From: Chlorokybus atmophyticus
Taxonomy: Eukaryota > Plantae > Mesostigma and Chlorokybus algae
Length of the DNA: 64,000 nt
Assembly: GCA_009103225.1 (NCBI GenBank)
Contig: RHPI01003256.1
Coordinates: 92,091-156,090, forward strand
Direction of reading: 5' to 3'
This document shows positions 62,301 to 64,000 of this stretch, in pieces. Numbering within the stretch: the stretch's first letter is position 1; each line of letters begins with the position of its first letter. The position numbers and the translations under genes were made by a program. The notes under the pieces are model-generated. The model ran no database searches, had not been told where the DNA came from, and was given only the letters and a program-made list of their open reading frames with translations.

Positions 62301-63917
62301 GGCAGAGCGCCGGGCTTTTGTTCCGGTACGTTCCTCGCGTACCATCCTGTACCTGCCATCGAGGAAACCCTAAACTTTTTGATATAGGGATAGTGATAGG
62401 GATATCTTAGCTGTAACTCGTTGGAATACCTCCATCCTAGTTCTTGAGGGCAGTCCTCGTCAGGCAAGTGGGTGTGGGTGTGGGTGGCGATGGCGGTGGC
62501 GGTGGCGGTGGCGGTGGAGGCGCGACCCCTATTGTCGGCGGCGCGGGGGCGGCTCCTCGTATTTTTTATTCCGCAAAACGTGCGTTGGACGGCAGTCGTC
62601 GTTGCTGGTAAGCAGTGGTAAAGCTGCTCAGGGCAGCTGTCGTGGCTGTGCGTGGGTGGTACTAGGGTTGCTCACACTGCAGCTGTGGAGAGGGCCTAGT
62701 TCATGTTAAATCATTCTCTGTGCTTGTGGATTGTGATAGATCGTGCACACACTGCTTGCACTGCCTCACACGATGCTTTCTTAGTCGTGATTTTCTTTGC
62801 AAATTTGACGCCCGTGCGTTGAAGCACACAAGCACAAAATGCAACAGCCTTGACCAAAGCATTGCCTGTGGATGGTGTTGCTGCTGTCGTCATCACATAG
62901 CAGCATTGTTTGGTGCAGCAGTGCTGCTTCAAGCGTTGGGTTGGCAGGTTGCTGAGTGGCTTTCTTGCTGCGTGCATCAGGGGGAATCAGCAAGATCAGT
63001 GCATAGCAACAGCTGTTGCAACGTTTCGTGTTCATATTCGTGCTGTTACTTGTGCACGGGTGAAGAGCTGCTCAATGCAGTCCCATTGGCACATTTCTTC
63101 GTTAAGCACACACAAGTATCCGCTGCGATGGCCATTTGCGGTAATATGACAGTTTGCCGTTGCTGCTACCCTACTCATGGAGGGTGGGTTGTGTGCGCTC
63201 CTCTGTTATCAACCACAACAGGCTGCTCTGTCTGAATGCACGGCTGTCTTTCAAGGTTGCGTTGTGGTTATGGCCTCATGTTGTGGGGTGTTTGGTAAGT
63301 TTGATAGTTGCCTTGTCTCTGTGACTGGTTCTCTCTCTTTCGCTCTCTCATTGGAGCTGCTGCTACGCTTCTCTCTTTTATTGACTGCGACAGCTTGCTC
63401 TGCTTGTGTACGCTGCCAGATCAAATGTCAATAGCTTCAGCGTAATGGCCTATTGTTATACGGGTTGTAAGTCACTGTGTACCAACACTTGCACTTGTTG
63501 TGCTGGTTCTGACCTCCGACTGCTGGTTGGCCATGTGCAGTGATCAAAGCAGCCCCATTTTGTGCGACCAATGAACAACTTGCCCCTCTGCAAGCCTGCA
63601 TTGCTTGTTGGTCAGCAGACAAGTTGGCAACGTTGGCAAAACGGGAAGAACAATGGCATCAGCGTCGACAGAGAGGAATGCCATTCCCCTTGTGCGGTGG
63701 GCAACCATTGACAGCGCAGGCACACAACGTGGCTGAAAGGCCATGATCCATGTGTATGTCACTGGCCCGCTCGACCTGCGAACTGAAGTGCTCACAGATG
63801 CGGCGGCAGCTGCAAAAGAACTCGCCCAAGTACTATTGCGTGCCTGGCGCATACGTTTGACAATGAATGGGGAACCGGTTTCGCTTGCTTTGGAGTGCAT
63901 ACCACTAGAGCACCTGC

Positions 63918-64000
63918 TAGGGTTAGGGTTAGGGTTAGGGTTAGGGTTAGGGTTAGGGTTAGGGTTAGGGTTAGGGTTAGGGTTAGGGTTAGGGTTAGGG
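63918..64000 (+). repeat. Telomere, (TTAGGG)n
   Basis: TAGGG at 63918-63922, then 13 perfect TTAGGG units (63923-64000) to the window end, G-rich strand towards the end. Confidence 0.98.

Noticed and set aside
63480-63510. QHLHLLCWF as a Helitron/HUH Rep motif
   Set aside because: Flanked by stops; the other Rep motifs were not found.

Overview
Eukaryotic, intron-rich chromosome end (about 50% GC) that finishes in a (TTAGGG)n telomere. The gene set suggests a green-lineage alga, probably an early-branching streptophyte (inference): plastid CHLD, a PHT4;6-like transporter, a MYB4R1/SNAPC4-like gene, a plastid DUF1279 protein and a PKD2-like channel. Host genes: 3' part of a PKD2-type channel (+, to 3303), CHLD (-), a small secreted orphan (+), SNAPC4/MYB4R1-like (-), PHT4;6-like (+), and a DUF1279/FAM210-like plastid protein (-) whose short N-terminal motif is amplified to 9 tandem copies. 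Mobile DNA: (i) a near-intact Ty3/gypsy element (about 12.2-22.7 kb) whose polyprotein carries a C5 DNA-methyltransferase domain and a C-terminal PHD finger; (ii) a degraded full-length Ty3 element with LTRs and a 4-bp TSD just upstream of the DUF1279 gene; (iii) a tyrosine-recombinase pseudogene between about 380-bp inverted repeats; (iv) an old integrase-PHD remnant related to (i); (v) an intron-containing Crypton-like (YR + GCR1_C-like) pseudogene with a tandem exon-intron array. An ATG-initiated frame runs without a stop into the telomere. All assignments come from motif recognition by eye; no searches were run, and many exon boundaries and element ends are approximate.
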